Positions 60,475-64,000 of a DNA stretch of 64,000 bases are shown one piece after another. The notes beneath the pieces were generated by a model. The model was not told the origin of the DNA. It made no database searches and worked only from the letters and a program-made list of their open reading frames with translations. Where the stretch lies: the NCBI GenBank assembly GCA_910583675.1, contig CAJTYH010000010.1, positions 526 to 64,525 on the forward strand. The letters are read 5' to 3'. The DNA comes from an uncultured Muribaculaceae bacterium. GTDB taxonomy: Bacteria; Bacteroidota; Bacteroidia; Bacteroidales; Muribaculaceae. The position numbers and the translations under genes were made by a program. Every line of letters begins with the position of its first letter. Positions within the stretch are counted from its first letter, which is position 1.

Positions 60475-62289
60475 TTAGAATTTCCAACCGAATCCTATTG
60501 CGCCGGTGATCCCCTGTGAGGGGACACCCACGGCATTGTATGCCTTGTCGTCAAGTATGTTTTCTACGCGTGCGAATACCGTGAACGCATCGGTTATGGC
60601 ATAGGAGGCTCCTACATTAAGCAGGTTGCGGTTTTTGAGGTTGAATTCCCCGCGATCCTCCGGTGCCGACGGATCTGCGTCAACCAGTGTCATGCGTCGG
60701 TGGAGCGCCATGGCGTAGCCGAGATCTATCGTCAACGGTGAGATGGGCCGGATGCTCACGGAGGCTATAAGGCGGCTGCGTGACCGGTCAAGCCAGGTGA
60801 ACCATGCGTTGGTCTTTCCGTTGGCAAGCAGTGTCTCGAATCCGGCCTGCAGCGCCACGATCGAGCGGTATTCCCAGTTGGCATGTACCCCTGCTTTCCA
60901 TGAGCGGAGATCCTCGCCATTGAAAAGTATCTGTGACGCATCCTCGTAGAATGCCGGCATGAGCCATGAATTGGCGGCGGCATATGCCACGTCAAGCGTC
61001 AGTGCGGCTCCCTTGAACGGCCCTATGCGCAGGCCGAATTCACCTTTGACCGGTATTCCGGAGTTGCGGTAGGCCAGAAGCGGCGATATGTACGGGGTAA
61101 ATTCGCTGAGTGTCTGGAGGCGGTTCATCTGTTCGCCACCGTCAATGCGCAGCCACGCTCCGAATCCGCTTGTGGGGTTGATGCCAAGGATTATGTCGGG
61201 CGCCACATGCACCGCCTTTCCTGAATTTACCGAGAGATCTACGCGTGCTCCGACCTTCAGGCTTACGACACCTCCCTGAGGTGAATAGCGGTAATAGGGA
61301 TTGAGCGTGATCAGTCCTATAGTCTTGCCGTCGGCATCGGCATAAGCCTTGGCATCGTCTCCGTCGGCATCGTAGAGTGCAGCCAGTGAACTGTTGCGGA
61401 AATGGTTGTATCGTGAAAAGTCTCCGGAGATCTCAACTCCGGCGATATGGTCGTCGCCGATGGTCTGGGATGCCCCGAAAACCGCCCCTAAATTGGTCTC
61501 GTGTACGGGAGCCAACTCCAGCCCTCCCGTCGGTTGCCCGATGGCATCGAAGACGGATGCCGATGCGGGTGCCTTGGTGAAGTTGAACAGGCCGAAATGC
61601 AGGTCGGCGTGGTATCTCAAACCGGTGGAGTTGTGTCCGTTCCATCCGGCGCGGATGTCCCATTTCAATGTTCCCTGTGCGCTTTTTATCTTGTCGGCCT
61701 CGTCAAGCGTGGATGCGCTGTTGATCAGGAGTGCGTCAAGGTTGTCGAATCCCCTGTATGCGAAATCGGTTGACAGTGAGAGTGTGCCGGCATCCCCGAT
61801 GCGCTGTGCGAACTTCAACCCCAATGCGCCGTAGAGCTGTTTGTAAGTGATCTTGTCGAATCCGCTGAACGGACGATCCTTGTATGAGATGTTGTTGAAC
61901 TGTCCCCATACGTCAAGGTTCGTGCGGTCGGATGAGAGTATGCCGTATCCGGCTGATACGCCCACGGTGGCTGCCGGGAAATATCCTGCGTCAAGATAGC
62001 CGCGATAGGGGGTAGGGGGGATGGCTGCTTCGGTGGTGGCGGGTTCGAGCAGTTGCAATCCCGGGGTCAATGCGCTGGGAGATGAGTAATCCATGAAGCG
62101 CAGGTCGGTGGCGGATGTGTTGATGCTCAATGCCTTCGGAAATATGTCAAGCCTGGAGGCGGCACGCACCTCGGGCACTATCTCTCGCTCTATGGTTATC
62201 TCCTTGTTGAGCTGCGCATGGGCGATGTTTCCGGCAGTTGCCGTCAATATGGCGGCTATCAATATGTTGTGTCGCAAAACTTGATTCAA
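60475..62289 (-). CDS. Outer-membrane beta-barrel (TonB-receptor-like) partner of the upstream TPR protein
   Basis: Signal peptide, YRGYLDAGY, VENILD..Y, ends GFGWKF. Confidence 0.75.
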   Translation of the reverse strand: MNQVLRHNILIAAILTATAGNIAHAQLNKEITIEREIVPEVRAASRLDIFPKALSINTSATDLRFMDYSSPSALTPGLQLLEPATTEAAIPPTPYRGYLDAGYFPAATVGVSAGYGILSSDRTNLDVWGQFNNISYKDRPFSGFDKITYKQLYGALGLKFAQRIGDAGTLSLSTDFAYRGFDNLDALLINSASTLDEADKIKSAQGTLKWDIRAGWNGHNSTGLRYHADLHFGLFNFTKAPASASVFDAIGQPTGGLELAPVHETNLGAVFGASQTIGDDHIAGVEISGDFSRYNHFRNSSLAALYDADGDDAKAYADADGKTIGLITLNPYYRYSPQGGVVSLKVGARVDLSVNSGKAVHVAPDIILGINPTSGFGAWLRIDGGEQMNRLQTLSEFTPYISPLLAYRNSGIPVKGEFGLRIGPFKGAALTLDVAYAAANSWLMPAFYEDASQILFNGEDLRSWKAGVHANWEYRSIVALQAGFETLLANGKTNAWFTWLDRSRSRLIASVSIRPISPLTIDLGYAMALHRRMTLVDADPSAPEDRGEFNLKNRNLLNVGASYAITDAFTVFARVENILDDKAYNAVGVPSQGITGAIGFGWKF

Positions 62290-62298
62290 TTAATCGGG

Positions 62299-64000
62299 TT
62301 ATTTGTTATTGTCGCTTCTCTCGTCTATCATGCGGAAGATGTCCGGTTCCGTGCCTGGATAGTTCTCCTTGAGCGAGCGCAGGTATTCGTCGGCTTCAAA
62401 GGTGTTGCCCTTGGAGCGGAGTATGTCGCTTAGGAGTATGAATCCGCGTGCGAGCCAGTAGTCATGCGGGGGATTGGCATCTATGAGCGCGTTGATCTCC
62501 TTCAATGCCGTGTCGGTCTGACCTTTGTCGAAGTGGTATTGAGCCAGGTACAGTGCGCTTTTCGTGCCGTTCAGCGTCTCCGGATCCTGGGCGAGCTTTT
62601 CCCAGATCTCCACTGCCTCGTCCCCTTTGCCGGTGGCGCTCAGGGAGAGTGCCTTGGTGAATGCCACCTCGCTCTGTTCAGATGCTCCAAGGGCTGACGA
62701 ACCGAGAAGGAGGTCGGCCATTTCGAGTGCGGTGGCATAGTCGGTCATGTCGCGGCTCACCTGCATGATGCCCATTCGGGCGGTGTTGAGTGAGTGGGCG
62801 GATGAGGATTTCTGTTCGAGTGCGCGGTAGGATAGGAGGGCGGCTTCCGCATCCCCCTTGGCCAGTTCGGCTTCAGCCTTGATGGTAAGTGCCTCCACTG
62901 CCTCCGGGGAGTCGGGGAAACGCTCCACTACTTCCGTGGCCAGGCGCAATGCGTCAGCTTCCCGTCCGGCTTCGCGTGCCTTCTCGGCGCTTTGCAGCGT
63001 CAGTTCGGCCAGTTCGGCGGTCTCCATGCGGGGTGCGTCGGGCACTCTTTCCATCAGTGCCACATATTCGTCTATACGACCGTCGTCGGTGTACAGTTGC
63101 TTGAGGTCTTCCGCCGCGACGCGTGCCTGCTCCGACGACGGGTACATTTCCACTACTTTTCGATAATGGTCGATGGCTCTGGAGCGGTTGCCGCTGTTGA
63201 GGTACGTGATGGCGAGCATCAGTTGTCCCTGCCGTCCCTGGTCAGTGGAGGGGTAGCGGCTTACGAGCGCCGTGTATGTTTCCACGGCGCGTCCTTCCTG
63301 TCCGAGTTCGCCGTAGCTTTCGCCGATCTCCAGCAGTGCTGTCGGCACAAGGGGAGATCCGGGGAATTCGGTCATGAGGTCGTTGAGCGTGTCTATTTTG
63401 CCCTGATAGTCGCGTGTGAGGCCTTTCATTATGCCCTGCTGGTATACGGGATAGTCCCCTCCCTGCGGGTTGGCCTCATATGCGGCGTGGTAGTTCTCGG
63501 CGGCTTCGGTGAAGTTGCGGGTGTAATAGTCGCAGTCGGCCAGTCGGTTCCATGCGTCGGCGATCATGTGCTTGTCGGCTCCCGCCGGTTGTTTCAGAAA
63601 TTTGCGGAAGTCGGCCTTGGCATCCTTGAAATCCTTCAGGGCAAAGCGTGCGTAGCCCAGGTCGTAATAGGCGAGTGCGCGGTTTCGCTGCGAACCGCTT
63701 GACTGACGGAGGTAGTTGTTGTAGCTTTTCACGGCTCCCTGATAGTCGGCGAGCTTGTATTGGCATTCGCCCATCCAGAGTGTGGCCTCTGCGGCCACTT
63801 CTGGACTTAGGCGGCTCATGGAGGCAGCCTCGCGGAGATGTGGGAGGGCTGCACGCGGTTGTGAGCGCTGCAGCTCGCGTGTGCCGAGGGAGTATAGCAC
63901 CATTTGTTTTATCCCGAGCACCGCGTCGTTGGGGTGCTGCACCTTGTTTATGGCCTCAAGGGCGGCTTCATAGTTGTTGTCGGTCATGTAGCCCTTGACG
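62299..64000 (-). CDS. Large TPR protein (5' part outside the window)
   Basis: Many TPRs, YWLARGFILLSD, SLKENYPG; frame runs to the window edge. Confidence 0.85.
   Translation of the reverse strand, partial: VKGYMTDNNYEAALEAINKVQHPNDAVLGIKQMVLYSLGTRELQRSQPRAALPHLREAASMSRLSPEVAAEATLWMGECQYKLADYQGAVKSYNNYLRQSSGSQRNRALAYYDLGYARFALKDFKDAKADFRKFLKQPAGADKHMIADAWNRLADCDYYTRNFTEAAENYHAAYEANPQGGDYPVYQQGIMKGLTRDYQGKIDTLNDLMTEFPGSPLVPTALLEIGESYGELGQEGRAVETYTALVSRYPSTDQGRQGQLMLAITYLNSGNRSRAIDHYRKVVEMYPSSEQARVAAEDLKQLYTDDGRIDEYVALMERVPDAPRMETAELAELTLQSAEKAREAGREADALRLATEVVERFPDSPEAVEALTIKAEAELAKGDAEAALLSYRALEQKSSSAHSLNTARMGIMQVSRDMTDYATALEMADLLLGSSALGASEQSEVAFTKALSLSATGKGDEAVEIWEKLAQDPETLNGTKSALYLAQYHFDKGQTDTALKEINALIDANPPHDYWLARGFILLSDILRSKGNTFEADEYLRSLKENYPGTEPDIFRMIDERSDNNK

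Overview
Chromosomal segment of a Bacteroidales bacterium, probably Muribaculaceae/Prevotella-like (inferred from TAnnTTTG promoter boxes, gene content and a T9SS-like C-terminal tail). Bases 1-11.7 kb hold a complete type V (Mfa/Fim-like) pilus operon. Its putative tip adhesin has an abruptly AT-richer C-terminal half. Right after it lies an HUH/Y1 (RAYT-like) transposase apparently fused to a DprA/SLOG-like domain. Five copies of a ~20-nt REP-like repeat flank this gene, two of them inside the neighbouring coding sequence. The rest is mostly core genome: PepO, ychF, ald, MATE, OPT, ssb, dusB, a peptidoglycan-recycling cluster, a secreted endonuclease beside a reduced ribose/nucleoside utilisation locus, alaS, gmd-fcl, a C11 protease, MscS, nadE, rpmB-rpmG, tRNA-Pro, lpxH, NlpC/P60, a Crp-type regulator plus OM barrel, manC, trmD and a TPR/OM-protein pair. 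Other notable items are two candidate stand-alone small RNAs, a catalytically degenerate AsnA paralogue and several inferred operator sites. No CRISPR array, reverse transcriptase, integrase or rRNA was seen. All family calls are by motif recognition, not database search.
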